DNA of 64,000 nt from Clostridia bacterium (GCA_041663585.1 JBAYMN010000001.1:475-64474), one strand, 5' to 3'; shown: positions 29,298 to 39,309, counted from the first letter of the stretch. Numbers and translations are program-made. The notes: generated by a model from the letters alone, not told the origin.

Positions 29298-30065
29298 ATG
29301 CCATTTGTAGTAGTAAAATCTAGATTATTAAAATTTGCCTTTATAGTTTTAATTACCGCTGTTATGCTTTGTGTAAGTATTAATGGCACGCGTGCGGCTT
29401 CTGTGTTTTTTGGATACGCACCAAAAAATCACGCAATTTATGCTGTGGACCGAAGCAATAACGAAATTTCACTTACATTTGATGCGGCTTGGGGTGCGGA
29501 TAAAACTATTGCAATTGTTGATTTATTAAAAAAATACAATATTAAAGCAACATTCTTTTTAGTGGGATTTTGGGTGGAAAAATATCCCGAAGAAACCAAA
29601 TATATTGTTGATAGTGGAATGGAAATAGCCTCGCATTCTAATAGCCACCCAGATATGACAAAATTAAGTGTAGACGATATTAAACTTGAACTTAACACTG
29701 CTAAAAAAACAATAAAAGATACCGCTAATGTAGATGTAAGTTTATTTAGACCACCTTTTGGGTATTATAATGATAAACTTCTGTCTATTGCTACTGACTT
29801 AGGATACAAAACAATTAAATGGAGCGTGGATACTCACGATTGGATGGGAAAAAGCGTTGAATATATTGCAAATAGAGTTACAAGCAAAATTAGCAGTGGA
29901 GGTATAATTCTATTTCATAACAATTCCAAAAATGTTATAGAGGCCACTACTGTGGTAATTGAAAGTTTGCTTGTAAAAGGATATAAATTTGTAACGATAG
30001 GCGAACTAGTCTATGCCGACAATTATTATATAGACCGTACAGGTCTGCAAAGAAAAAATGTATAG
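29298..30065 (+). CDS. polysaccharide deacetylase (NodB homology domain), membrane anchored
   Basis: 255 aa. TM anchor. NodB motifs LTFDAAWG and HSNSHPDM, plus LFRPPFG. Confidence 0.85.
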   Translation: MPFVVVKSRLLKFAFIVLITAVMLCVSINGTRAASVFFGYAPKNHAIYAVDRSNNEISLTFDAAWGADKTIAIVDLLKKYNIKATFFLVGFWVEKYPEETKYIVDSGMEIASHSNSHPDMTKLSVDDIKLELNTAKKTIKDTANVDVSLFRPPFGYYNDKLLSIATDLGYKTIKWSVDTHDWMGKSVEYIANRVTSKISSGGIILFHNNSKNVIEATTVVIESLLVKGYKFVTIGELVYADNYYIDRTGLQRKNV

Positions 30066-30088
30066 AATAACGAATGGAGGAAGATTGT

Positions 30089-30811
30089 ATGGATTATAAT
30101 CAATTAAATAATAATAAGGTTTTTATTACAGGAAAAGTTATTAGCGAACCCGTTTACAGCCACGAAATTTACGGAGAAGGATTTTATGAAATAAATTTAA
30201 GTGTGCCAAGACTTTCATCTCAACACGATATAATTCCTGTAACAATATCTGAAAGGCTTATATATTCAGGTAAAATTGAAAAAGAAATGGAAATTTCTAT
30301 TAAGGGGCAGTTTAGAAGTTATAATAAAATTATAGATGGCAAAAGTCGACTTATGCTTACGGTATTTGCCCGTGAACTTGTAGAAGTGGATTCTTCACAA
30401 AATCCAAATATAATAGAATTAAGTGGTTATATTTGCAAACCACCTATTTATAGAACTACACCGTTTAACCGTGAAATTTGCGATATTTTGCTCGCTGTTA
30501 ATCGTGCCTATAATAAGTCGGATTATATTCCTTGTATAGCGTGGGGTAGAAATGCGCGCTTTGTAAAGGGAATTGAAGTTGGCGGACGCGTTTTCGTAGT
30601 CGGTAGAATTCAAAGTCGTGAGTATCAGAAAAAAGTTAACGAAACAGAATTTGAAACAAAAACTGCGTATGAAATATCAATCACCAAAATTTCTATTGAA
30701 AATAATGTCAACATTATCAATGTAAATAAAAATGAAACCGAAGAAAATACTGTATCAGAAGAACCAGAACTTTTATTTGACCAAGTAAAATTTGAGAACT
30801 ACTACAATTAA
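30089..30811 (+). CDS. OB-fold, SSB-like protein
   Basis: ATG at 30089 after a GGAGGA RBS. The N-terminal pattern KVFITGKVISEPVYSHE...YEINLSV and the later VVGRIQSREY resemble tandem SSB-type OB folds. Acidic C-terminal tail. Assignment is tentative. Confidence 0.45.
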   Translation: MDYNQLNNNKVFITGKVISEPVYSHEIYGEGFYEINLSVPRLSSQHDIIPVTISERLIYSGKIEKEMEISIKGQFRSYNKIIDGKSRLMLTVFARELVEVDSSQNPNIIELSGYICKPPIYRTTPFNREICDILLAVNRAYNKSDYIPCIAWGRNARFVKGIEVGGRVFVVGRIQSREYQKKVNETEFETKTAYEISITKISIENNVNIINVNKNETEENTVSEEPELLFDQVKFENYYN

Positions 30812-30815
30812 TTCA

Positions 30816-30957
30816 AAAGGGAAACCACTTTAAAAGGGAAACCACGAGCCGATAAGTAGCGGACACGCAAATTTAAAATTTGCTAACCGCTGGACTCGTG
30901 GCTTCCCTCTTTAACCGCGGAATTATATTCCGCTTGTCCGTTAGGCAAGCGGAACAA
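30816..30957 (+). repeat. composite repeat: rod-hairpin module X (core 30842-30901) + GCGGAAT-TAT-ATTCCGC palindrome + bulged hairpin (30928-30954)
   Basis: The X core matches 58647-58706 with 2 substitutions and 1 indel. The hairpin matches the TTCCGC...GCGGAA family. AAAAGGGAAACCAC occurs twice in tandem (30816-30829, 30832-30845). Confidence 0.8.
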
Positions 30958-31029
30958 AATATAACATATATATTTTAATATTTGCAAATAAATATTATAA
31001 ATTTAAGTTGGATATAATATATTTCAGTA

Positions 31030-31058
31030 TTGACAAATTTATATTTAAAGGCTAAAAT
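31030..31058 (+). promoter_or_regulatory. putative sigma-A promoter
   Basis: TTGACA, 17-nt spacer, TAAAAT, 20 nt upstream of the 31079 start. Confidence 0.4.
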
Positions 31059-31078
31059 GTATCTACATTGAGGTGCGC

Positions 31079-32503
31079 ATGACAAATGATGAATTAAAAC
31101 AAAAATTTACTGAATTTTGTAATATTAAAGACATTGAAAGAAGAGATACTTTTATTGAAAACGCAGTAGCATACCTAGAACTTTTAAAACAATACTACGG
31201 TAATATAAATATTGGCGAAAATTATTTTGAAAAAGATGATACAATTTATATTCCAAATAAAATTGATGTACAAAATTCACCTAGCACATATAGTTTAGAT
31301 GAATATGTATTTAACAGATTAGTTAGAAATGTTAATGGTTTTTATCATTCAACTAGCAACAAAGGTAAAGAATTATTAAAAATATATAAAAATGCGCATG
31401 TTGATGATGCGTTGGGAGTTTATGACCCCAATTTTAATATTCAAACTAAAAAACCCAATCCTTTTATATTTATAAATGATAGTATTATTCTACAACACAT
31501 AGTAGAATTTACACAGCAACATAATAAATTATTTGAAAATGGTAGTATTAAATTTGAGTACGAATTAATGCCAGAATATATGGCATTATCGGATAATCAC
31601 TTAACAGAAGTACAAAAAGAAGATTTAATCGCAGAAGCATTTAATAAAGAATATTTTAGGACCTTGGCCCACGAATTATGGCACGCTTCAAAGGCAGCCT
31701 ATTATAATAGCAATATAGTCGAAATGGAAACTGGCGAACTTAGACCTGATAGTGCTAGTAGATATAATATAGATACACTTGAAACGTTATATGACTGTCT
31801 AGATGAAATTATTCACGAATATCAAATCAGCGTTGCTTTAAATTTAAGAAGAGAAATTACAATAACAATACCGAATCATAGAACATTTATAATAAAAGGG
31901 GTGGCATTTGGTACTGAAAATTGTCAATATTCTGACCACGCTGATACAGCAGAATTAATTGAATTAATCTCGGGAAAGGATAAATTGTTTTTCGGGAGTT
32001 TTATAAATAGAAATGATTTTGTAACTGAATTTAATAATAATTATTATGATATATTTTCACAAAACAATTTACTTACTAATTTTTACAAAGATTATCTTAG
32101 TAAAATATACGACATTCGCTCTAATAAACCTTGGGACATTATAAGTGCAGTGAATTACTTTTTGTGTGAATCAGATGAAGATACTTATATAATTATTGAA
32201 ATTAAATTAACATTACAAGAAGCACTTATTAATTGCATTATTAAAAATATACAAGCAATTAATCCGAAAACTAAAAATATTAGCGTGTTAAAATCACAGT
32301 TAGAATATGTTAAAAATTTACCAGCAAAAGTGCAAAATGTGCTTATGGTTGACCAAAATGAAAGCAATTACAAAACTACAAATGTGCTTACTTATTTAAA
32401 ATTAGAAGATATATGCTTAAAAAAGCAGAAACAAATTGAAGCCATAATAAATTATAGAAATATAGAAAATGACAAACTAAAAGAAAGTGTTATTGACAGA
32501 TAA
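31079..32503 (+). CDS. hypothetical protein with a single HExxH motif (possible metallopeptidase)
   Basis: ATG at 31079 after a GAGGTG RBS (the ORF track uses GTG at 31073). HELWH is encoded at 31670-31684. No other recognisable domain. Confidence 0.5.
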   Translation: MTNDELKQKFTEFCNIKDIERRDTFIENAVAYLELLKQYYGNINIGENYFEKDDTIYIPNKIDVQNSPSTYSLDEYVFNRLVRNVNGFYHSTSNKGKELLKIYKNAHVDDALGVYDPNFNIQTKKPNPFIFINDSIILQHIVEFTQQHNKLFENGSIKFEYELMPEYMALSDNHLTEVQKEDLIAEAFNKEYFRTLAHELWHASKAAYYNSNIVEMETGELRPDSASRYNIDTLETLYDCLDEIIHEYQISVALNLRREITITIPNHRTFIIKGVAFGTENCQYSDHADTAELIELISGKDKLFFGSFINRNDFVTEFNNNYYDIFSQNNLLTNFYKDYLSKIYDIRSNKPWDIISAVNYFLCESDEDTYIIIEIKLTLQEALINCIIKNIQAINPKTKNISVLKSQLEYVKNLPAKVQNVLMVDQNESNYKTTNVLTYLKLEDICLKKQKQIEAIINYRNIENDKLKESVIDR

Positions 32504-32627
32504 AATTGCATCAAATTAAATAGATGCTGTTTTAAAGCAAATCAAATACCTTGACAAAGTTTAATGTTTATAATAATATATAGGAGCAATTTTAATGTAA
32601 ATTGTTTAATAGTTATGTCTTTAAAAT

Positions 32628-32702
32628 CGGGGTGTAGCGCAGTGGTAGCGCGCATGGTTCGGGACCATGAGGTCGCAAGTTCAAATCTTGTCATCCCGAC
32701 CA
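32628..32702 (+). tRNA. tRNA-Pro (anticodon CGG)
   Basis: Cloverleaf by hand: acceptor CGGGGTG/CATCCCG, anticodon loop TTCGGGA, T-arm GCAAG-TTCAAAT-CTTGT, encoded CCA. Confidence 0.9.
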
Positions 32703-32894
32703 GTAAGCAAAAAAGTTAATTAAGATTTTTTTACTCTTGTTTATCCTATATAAAAAATAATTAAATAATATATATTTTTATTTAAAATAAATTTTATTTC
32801 GTAATGATATACATTTATTATTCAAAGATTTTGCATAGATATTCAAAATTCGTGCAATTTCGCGGTATGTTTTGTATTATTATTCTTAAAAGTA

Positions 32895-32923
32895 TTGACA
32901 TTTTATAATACATATCATATAAT
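32895..32923 (+). promoter_or_regulatory. consensus sigma-A promoter placed for a leaderless transcript
   Basis: TTGACA, 17-nt spacer, TATAAT (32918-32923). The ATG of the next ORF is at 32930, 6 nt after the -10 element, and there is no SD sequence. Confidence 0.4.
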
Positions 32924-32929
32924 AAAAAT

Positions 32930-33454
32930 ATGAAAAATGATTTTTATATTTTTATTGCATTCAACGGAGTATTAAATAGTAAAGTTTGGTTTAAAAAATT
33001 CAAAGAATTTAAATTAGCCGAAAAAGGATATTCTTGTGCTATTTGTCCGGATAATATAATTGCTTTAAATAGTTTAGTTAATAAAATAAGTAAACGTTAT
33101 AATGTAAAATTTGTATTTACATCACTATGGCGTATGAACATAGCACATACAAAAAAATTAATTGTAACAAATGGATTAAATGCAAGTGATGCAGAGTTTA
33201 TTATTATAGGTAGAGATGATATACGCGGATTATCTATTAAAAAATTTATTGATGATAAAAAACTAATAAAAAATTATTTGGTCATTGAGCCAACTGTTGA
33301 AGGTGAATTAAGCGATATTAGACCTTATATACCTAGTAATAAAATAATTCAAACTGATACAAATGATTTTGGGCTTACAGAAAAAATTCTTGCCGAGTAT
33401 TTTAATAAATTAAAAAATGAAAAAGTTAGAAAAGAAGAAGAAAAACAAATGTAA
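32930..33454 (+). CDS. hypothetical protein
   Basis: 174 aa. N-terminal FIAFNGVLN weakly recalls the HAD motif I hhhDxDGVL but lacks both Asp residues. Lys/Glu-rich tail. Confidence 0.45.
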   Translation: MKNDFYIFIAFNGVLNSKVWFKKFKEFKLAEKGYSCAICPDNIIALNSLVNKISKRYNVKFVFTSLWRMNIAHTKKLIVTNGLNASDAEFIIIGRDDIRGLSIKKFIDDKKLIKNYLVIEPTVEGELSDIRPYIPSNKIIQTDTNDFGLTEKILAEYFNKLKNEKVRKEEEKQM

Positions 33455-33456
33455 TC

Positions 33457-33490
33457 AAAACCGTACGAATTAGTGCGGTTTTATTTTTTT
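33457..33490 (+). terminator. intrinsic terminator
   Basis: AAAACCGTAC...GTGCGGTTTT followed by a T-run. Confidence 0.6.
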
Positions 33491-33606
33491 ATTTTTAATA
33501 TTATAATAATCTATAATTCAGCACAAAAACTGTTGACAATTTTGGGACTTTTCGTATATTATAATAAAAGAGAATAATAAATCGCTTTTAAATTTTTGGA
33601 GTACAA

Positions 33607-34182
33607 ATGCAGTATCAAAAAGAAGAAATAAGAGCAAAAATCGTTGCTTCCGCAATAAGTGAATTTGAAACCGCAGGTTATAACAAGGCAAACATTATAA
33701 GAATTGCCAAAAATGCCAAAGTACCAGTGGGTAACCTTTACAGATATTTTAAAAGCAAAGATAATCTTTTTGAGGCGGTCGTTATAAATGCTTGCAAAGA
33801 ATTGCCTATTTTAATTAAAAATATTTATGAAAAAGATGTTCTTTTAGATCGCAATGAAAAAGAGATGGCCGATATTATTGCTTACAATATAGTAGAAGTT
33901 TATAAAAAATACGGAAGGCAAATTATAATCTTAGCCGACAAAAGTACAGGTTCAAAATTTGAATATTATTTTAAAAATTTAATTGATGATATTATTAAAT
34001 TATTTGAAAAAGGGCTATATGGTGACATAAATTCTGAACATAATATCATGGCGAAAGTTATTGGATACGGCTTTATGAATGGGCTTTTTACTATTATTAA
34101 AGATGTGCCAGCAAACAATATTGAAGTTTACGCTAAAAAATTAATTACATATTATTTCTATCAATCAGAAAACAGAATTTAA
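33607..34182 (+). CDS. TetR/AcrR family transcriptional regulator
   Basis: 191 aa. N-terminal HTH IIRIAKNAKVPVGNLYRYFKSKDNLF. Lies upstream of the MMPL transporter gene. Confidence 0.85.
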   Translation: MQYQKEEIRAKIVASAISEFETAGYNKANIIRIAKNAKVPVGNLYRYFKSKDNLFEAVVINACKELPILIKNIYEKDVLLDRNEKEMADIIAYNIVEVYKKYGRQIIILADKSTGSKFEYYFKNLIDDIIKLFEKGLYGDINSEHNIMAKVIGYGFMNGLFTIIKDVPANNIEVYAKKLITYYFYQSENRI

Positions 34183-34240
34183 TGCTTTTAACTGACAACA
34201 AATAATTTATAGATAAGTTATTTTTAATGGGGGAATATTT

Positions 34241-36538
34241 ATGAAAAAAATCGCACATTTTATAGTTAAATTCAGGCTTATTTTTTTAGTATTTTTTTTG
34301 TTGGCAACAATAACGTGTGGTATATTAATGCAATATGTTAACGTTAATTACAACTCAGTTTCCTATTTGCCTAATGATTCCGATACAAAATCCGGAATTA
34401 CTGTATTATATGATGAATTTGGTGGCAACGGGATTGCACAAGTTATGATAAAAGATTTAAATGTTCCTGATACGCTTTTGGTTAAATCTGTTATATCAGA
34501 TGTATCGGGCGTTGCACAAGTATTGTGGTTAGATGATGTACTTTCGGTTTTTAATGCAGGATTAATAACGGGATATGATACTTTTTACTCTGGGCTTTCT
34601 TTTACACTCACACAAAGTGATTGTTTAGATTATTTATTGTATTTAATAAATTCGTTGCCAGATGATTTAAGTGTATTTAACCCCGCCGATTTAGTAAATG
34701 ACCCTAGACTTGCTACTGATGCTGGCTATGGTTATTTTTTAAACTTTTTGTCAAATAGCGGATATTTTACAGAAGATAATTTAAATTTATTGGTGCAGTT
34801 TAAATCGCAAATAGAAAGTTTTTATAATCAAGGCAATGTGCTTTTTACAGTTACCTTTTCTGGAACTGATTATGATGAAAGCACAATGCAAGCCATTGAA
34901 GATATTAACGATTTAGATTTTGATACATATTTAGCAGGCAATGCCTCGCTAACTAATAGTAGTATTAAAGTTATAAACAGCGAAACCACTCAGGCATTAA
35001 TAATTGCATTAATAATTGTAATTATTATTTTATTCATAATGTCATCTTCCTATCTTGAACCAATTTTGTTTGGAATTGTTATTGCTGTTGCTGTGTTTAT
35101 AAATATGGGTACTAATGTTTTTATGGACTCAATATCTTATTTAACACAAGGCGTTGCAAGCGTTTTATTACTTGCGTTAACTATGGATTATTCTATATTT
35201 TTACTGAATAGGTTTAAACAAGAAAAAAAACTTGGATTAAGTTCTTGCGATGCAATGGAAAAAGCGCTTATTGCTTCATTTTCGCCTATATCGGCTAGTT
35301 CGTTAACCACGATAGCAAGTTTTGTTGCACTTATGTTTATGAGTTACAAGGTAGGCTTTGACATTGGACTTGTGCTTGGAAAAGGCGTTCTTATAAGTTT
35401 GCTTTCGGTATTTTTGTTTATGCCTGCTTTAATTTTGTACTCGCAAAAGATTATAGAAAAAACTGAGCATAAAACTTTTAATTTGAATTTTAACAAGTTT
35501 AGTGAGGGGCTTAAAAAAACCAGATTCGTTTTACCCTTTATTTTAATAGCACTGATTATTCCTTGTATAATTTTCTCATACCAAAATTCATTTGTTTACG
35601 GAAACGAAGCAAGTGTTGGTAGCGAAAATAGTGTTTATTCTGATGACAAAATCGAAATAGAAAATATATTTGGTAAATTTAATCAATTAATTTTACTACT
35701 ACCTAATGATTATGAGGCAAATGAACTTGGTATAAGTGGGCAAATTGCATTAATTAATGGCGTAAATAGCGTGCAATCTAAATCGCTGATTGATTATTCC
35801 GGAATGTCGGTATATTTACCTGCAAGTTTTATTTCACAGTTTGAAAGCGAAAATTACACACGAATAATTATTAATTTAAGTTTACCAGAAGAAAGTGAAG
35901 CGACAACTACCGCAATTGACGAAATTAAATTAGTTGTACAAAATGTAATTGGCGAAAATAGTGGTTATTATCTTTTAGGTAACTCGGTGAGCGCGCTAGA
36001 AATTAAAGAATATGTTGAATATGATTATTTAGTTGTAACAATAATATCACTTGTACTTGTTGCAATAATTTTGTTAATTACATTCCGTTCTATAATTTTA
36101 CCCGTATTATTGGTGGTTGTAATTCAAAGTTCAGTTTGGATTAGCATGGCAATTCCGTATATAACAAATACTCCACTAGTGTTTGTTGGCTATATGATTA
36201 TTAGTGCAATTATGCTTGGTGCAACCATAGACTATGCAATACTTATGACTAGTAATTACTTGGAAAATCGTAAAACTATGGGAAAATTTGAAGCCGCTGA
36301 ACATGCGTTAAATCAATCTGCAAAAGCAATTATAACCTCGGCAAGCATACTTTGCTTTGCGGGATTTGCTATGAGTATTGTATCTACTATGCCTGCTATA
36401 TCAGTATTCGGCAGTTCAATAGGTAGAGGGGCTGTATGTGCATTTGTGCTTGTAATGATACTTTTGCCACAGGCATTAATGTTGTTTGATGATATTATAA
36501 GAAAAACCACACTGCACGGTAAGAAAAATATGATATAA
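34241..36538 (+). CDS. MMPL/RND-superfamily efflux transporter
   Basis: 765 aa. Two blocks of about 6 TM helices separated by extracytoplasmic domains. Paired with the TetR regulator. Confidence 0.8.
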   Translation: MKKIAHFIVKFRLIFLVFFLLATITCGILMQYVNVNYNSVSYLPNDSDTKSGITVLYDEFGGNGIAQVMIKDLNVPDTLLVKSVISDVSGVAQVLWLDDVLSVFNAGLITGYDTFYSGLSFTLTQSDCLDYLLYLINSLPDDLSVFNPADLVNDPRLATDAGYGYFLNFLSNSGYFTEDNLNLLVQFKSQIESFYNQGNVLFTVTFSGTDYDESTMQAIEDINDLDFDTYLAGNASLTNSSIKVINSETTQALIIALIIVIIILFIMSSSYLEPILFGIVIAVAVFINMGTNVFMDSISYLTQGVASVLLLALTMDYSIFLLNRFKQEKKLGLSSCDAMEKALIASFSPISASSLTTIASFVALMFMSYKVGFDIGLVLGKGVLISLLSVFLFMPALILYSQKIIEKTEHKTFNLNFNKFSEGLKKTRFVLPFILIALIIPCIIFSYQNSFVYGNEASVGSENSVYSDDKIEIENIFGKFNQLILLLPNDYEANELGISGQIALINGVNSVQSKSLIDYSGMSVYLPASFISQFESENYTRIIINLSLPEESEATTTAIDEIKLVVQNVIGENSGYYLLGNSVSALEIKEYVEYDYLVVTIISLVLVAIILLITFRSIILPVLLVVVIQSSVWISMAIPYITNTPLVFVGYMIISAIMLGATIDYAILMTSNYLENRKTMGKFEAAEHALNQSAKAIITSASILCFAGFAMSIVSTMPAISVFGSSIGRGAVCAFVLVMILLPQALMLFDDIIRKTTLHGKKNMI

Positions 36539-36543
36539 AAAAT

Positions 36544-36565
36544 AAAAACCGAATTTTCGGTTTTT
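36544..36565. terminator. bidirectional terminator hairpin between the MMPL gene and glyA
   Basis: AAAACCGAA-TT-TTCGGTTTT flanked by A-runs and T-runs. Confidence 0.55.
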
Positions 36566-37760
36566 ATTTTTTTATTTTATTTTGTGTTTTGCGTAATGAA
36601 TCTAAATCACTTTTTTTGATTTGTTCTTTTTTAATTACTTTTATAATAAAATCTGATAATTTTTCTATATCTTGTTCGTTAATTTTATAATTACTTAATG
36701 TAGCAAGTCCAATCCTTACTCCACTTGTTTCAATTGCACTGCGTTTATCAAACGGGACTTTATTTTTGTTAACAATGATGTTAAAACCTTGCAAAGTTTT
36801 TTCAAGTTGATTGCCAGTTATTTTTTCGCTACTTAAATCTATTAAAAATAAATGTGAATCTGTTCCGTCACTTACTATTTTTATGCCTTTGTATTGTAAA
36901 TAGTCTGCCATGTAAGATGTTAAATGTTTAATTTTTAATTGGTACTTTTTAAATTCAGGAGTCATTGCTTCTTCAAAACAAATGCCTTTTGCGGCAATAA
37001 TGTTTTGTAGCGGTCCGCCTTGAATACCAGGAAATACCGCCTTATCTATTTGCTTACCAAATTTTTCTTTGCAAAGTATTAATCCACCGCGTGGTCCTCT
37101 TAATGTTTTGTGGGTTGTAGAAGTTACAATGTCGGCGTATACGCAAGGATTAGGATAAATTCCGGCTGCTACTAAGCCGGCAAAATGTGCCATATCTACC
37201 ATTAGATATGCACCTACACTATCCGCAATTTCTCGGAATTTTTTAAAATCTATTATTCTTGAATATGCCGAACCGCCTGCTATAATAAGTTTTGGTTTAT
37301 TTTCGGTTGCAAGTTTTTGTACTTCATCATAATCAATTAAACCATTTTTATTTACGCCATAATTAATTATATTATAATCTTTACCCGAAAAACTTACTTT
37401 TGCGCCATGGGTTAAATGCCCACCACAATCCAAACTCATAGACAGTATTGTATCGCCTTTTTGTATAAGCGCAAAGTAGACAGCCATATTTGCCGAAGAA
37501 CCGCAGTGTGGTTGAACATTAGCGTATTCGGCATCAAAAAGTTTTTTAGCAAGGTCAATAGTATAACTTTCTATTTTATCTATATATTGACAGCCACCAT
37601 AATAGCGAGCATTAGGATACCCCTCGGAATACTTATTTGTTAAGCAACTCCCGAGTGCTTTTAATATATTTTTTGAGGCAATATTCTCTGACGCAATTAA
37701 ATTGATTTGCGTATGTTGCCTCTCATATTCTTTTTTTATTAGTTCTAATATTTTGTCCAT
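36564..37760 (-). CDS. glyA: serine hydroxymethyltransferase
   Basis: 398 aa. GGHLTHG and TSTTHKTLRGPRGG (PLP lysine). Confidence 0.95.
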   Translation of the reverse strand: MDKILELIKKEYERQHTQINLIASENIASKNILKALGSCLTNKYSEGYPNARYYGGCQYIDKIESYTIDLAKKLFDAEYANVQPHCGSSANMAVYFALIQKGDTILSMSLDCGGHLTHGAKVSFSGKDYNIINYGVNKNGLIDYDEVQKLATENKPKLIIAGGSAYSRIIDFKKFREIADSVGAYLMVDMAHFAGLVAAGIYPNPCVYADIVTSTTHKTLRGPRGGLILCKEKFGKQIDKAVFPGIQGGPLQNIIAAKGICFEEAMTPEFKKYQLKIKHLTSYMADYLQYKGIKIVSDGTDSHLFLIDLSSEKITGNQLEKTLQGFNIIVNKNKVPFDKRSAIETSGVRIGLATLSNYKINEQDIEKLSDFIIKVIKKEQIKKSDLDSLRKTQNKIKK

Positions 37761-37869
37761 TTTAATACCTCAAAACATATTTAAATATTAATTTTTAGCC
37801 AAAATATAATACTACTTAATACATTTATTGTCAAGTATTTGCTTTATAATAAGCATTTTTGCATTAGTG

Positions 37870-37898
37870 TTGACATTTTTAATAATTTGTATTATTAT
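37870..37898 (+). promoter_or_regulatory. sigma-A promoter of the metK leader
   Basis: TTGACA, 17-nt spacer, TATTAT. Confidence 0.5.
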
Positions 37899-37904
37899 AT
37901 TTTA

Positions 37905-38035
37905 TAACCTATAAAGAGTGCGTGAGGGACAGCCCCATTGAACGCACAGCAACCTGTTAAAAGGCAAGGTGCTAATGGCTGAACGATGGGTATTTGTACA
38001 AATAATTTGTCCTACCTATTAAGGCGGGCTTTTTT
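37905..38035 (+). promoter_or_regulatory. SAM-I (S-box) riboswitch with terminator
   Basis: Hallmarks are GAGGGA inside the P2 pairing GTGCGT/ACGCAC, then AGCAACC and AAGGTGCTAA. It ends with CCTACC-TATTAA-GGCGGG followed by CTTTTTT. Located upstream of metK. Confidence 0.8.
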
Positions 38036-38074
38036 ATGAATATTAGGTTAAATTTACTAAGGAAGGCAGAAAAA

Positions 38075-39163
38075 ATGAAACAAATTATTTCTAGCGAAAG
38101 TGTAAATTGTGGGCATCCTGATAAAACTTGCGATATTATTGCAGATAGTTTTTTAGATATGGCTCTTAATGAAGATCCAAATTCGCAAATGGCAGTTGAG
38201 TGTGCTATTAAAGATGATTTACTGATGATTTATGGCGAAGCAACTACAAATGCAAAAATTGATTATGAAAGTATTGCAAGACAAACATTAAAAGAAATTG
38301 GCTACAAAAATAGATTTAGAATTATTAAACAAATATCTGAGCAATCACCTGATATTAATAATGCAGTTGTAAAGTCAGAATTAATGGCAAACGACCAAGG
38401 TATTGTTTATGGCTATGCTACAAATGAAACCCCAGAATATATGCCTATGCCTATAATAATTGCACACAAATTAATGCGTATTTATGATGAGTTTAGGCGT
38501 ACAACGGATACATATTTTAGTGATGCAAAAAGTCAGGTAAGTATTGAGTACGAAGATGATAAACCAATATTAATACACACTGTACTTTTATCGGTATCAC
38601 ATAGTGCAAGAATTTCGCACGAACAAATTTATAAAGATATTAGAACAAATGTTATTGATAAAGTGCTAGATGAGTATAAAAATCTTGTAAAACAAAGCAT
38701 AAAATATATAGTTAATCCAAGTGGCAGATTTACTATTTGGGGTAGTTTTGGTGACAGCGGTTGTGTAGGCCGAAAAATTGTTGTTGATACTTATGGTGGT
38801 GTTGGCAGAGTTGGTGGAGGCTGTTTTAGTAGTAAAAACGCTACAAAAGTTGACCGTAGCGGTGCGTACTATGCTAGATTTGTTGCAAAAAATGTAGTAG
38901 CACATAATTTAGCGGATAAATGCGAAATCCAAGTTGGTTATGGTATCGGTATGGCAGAACCAATTAATCTATATATCGATTGCTTTGGAACACAAAAAGT
39001 ATCAATTGAAAAGATATACGAAATTGTAAATGCAAATTTTAGTTTTCGCCCATCAAATATTATTAGAGAACTTGATTTATTAAAGCCACAATATAAAAAG
39101 ACCGCTTGTTATGGACATTTTGGAAGACCAGAATTTAGCTGGGAAAAAATTAAAAATTTTTAA
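38075..39163 (+). CDS. metK: S-adenosylmethionine synthase
   Basis: ATG at 38075 after an AGGAAGG RBS. The ORF-track ATG at 38036 directly abuts the riboswitch terminator. Motifs SESVNCGHPDK and GGGCFSSKNATKVDRS. Confidence 0.93.
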   Translation: MKQIISSESVNCGHPDKTCDIIADSFLDMALNEDPNSQMAVECAIKDDLLMIYGEATTNAKIDYESIARQTLKEIGYKNRFRIIKQISEQSPDINNAVVKSELMANDQGIVYGYATNETPEYMPMPIIIAHKLMRIYDEFRRTTDTYFSDAKSQVSIEYEDDKPILIHTVLLSVSHSARISHEQIYKDIRTNVIDKVLDEYKNLVKQSIKYIVNPSGRFTIWGSFGDSGCVGRKIVVDTYGGVGRVGGGCFSSKNATKVDRSGAYYARFVAKNVVAHNLADKCEIQVGYGIGMAEPINLYIDCFGTQKVSIEKIYEIVNANFSFRPSNIIRELDLLKPQYKKTACYGHFGRPEFSWEKIKNF

Positions 39164-39243
39164 TTTTTTTAAGCAAATTCAATTCAAGCAAATTTTATAA
39201 CAATTTCACACAATATTTATCAGCAAAAAGCCCTTAAATATAA

Positions 39244-39272
39244 TTGCATATTGCCTTTGTCCGTGTTATACT
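39244..39272 (+). promoter_or_regulatory. putative sigma-A promoter of proS
   Basis: TTGCAT, 17-nt spacer, TATACT. Confidence 0.4.
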
Positions 39273-39309
39273 TTAAAATATCAATTTATTGGCATATTAA
39301 GAGGAAATT

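Noticed and set aside
32628-33454. Calling the tRNA-Pro(CGG)-adjacent genes an integrated mobile element or prophage remnant.
   Set aside because: No integrase, recombinase or phage genes are present. I could find no direct repeat of the tRNA 3' end. The base composition looks the same as the surroundings.
38036-38074. The ORF-track start of metK at ATG 38036.
   Set aside because: That ATG directly follows the U-tract of the SAM riboswitch terminator and has no RBS. ATG 38075 has an AGGAAGG RBS and restores the canonical MetK N-terminus.
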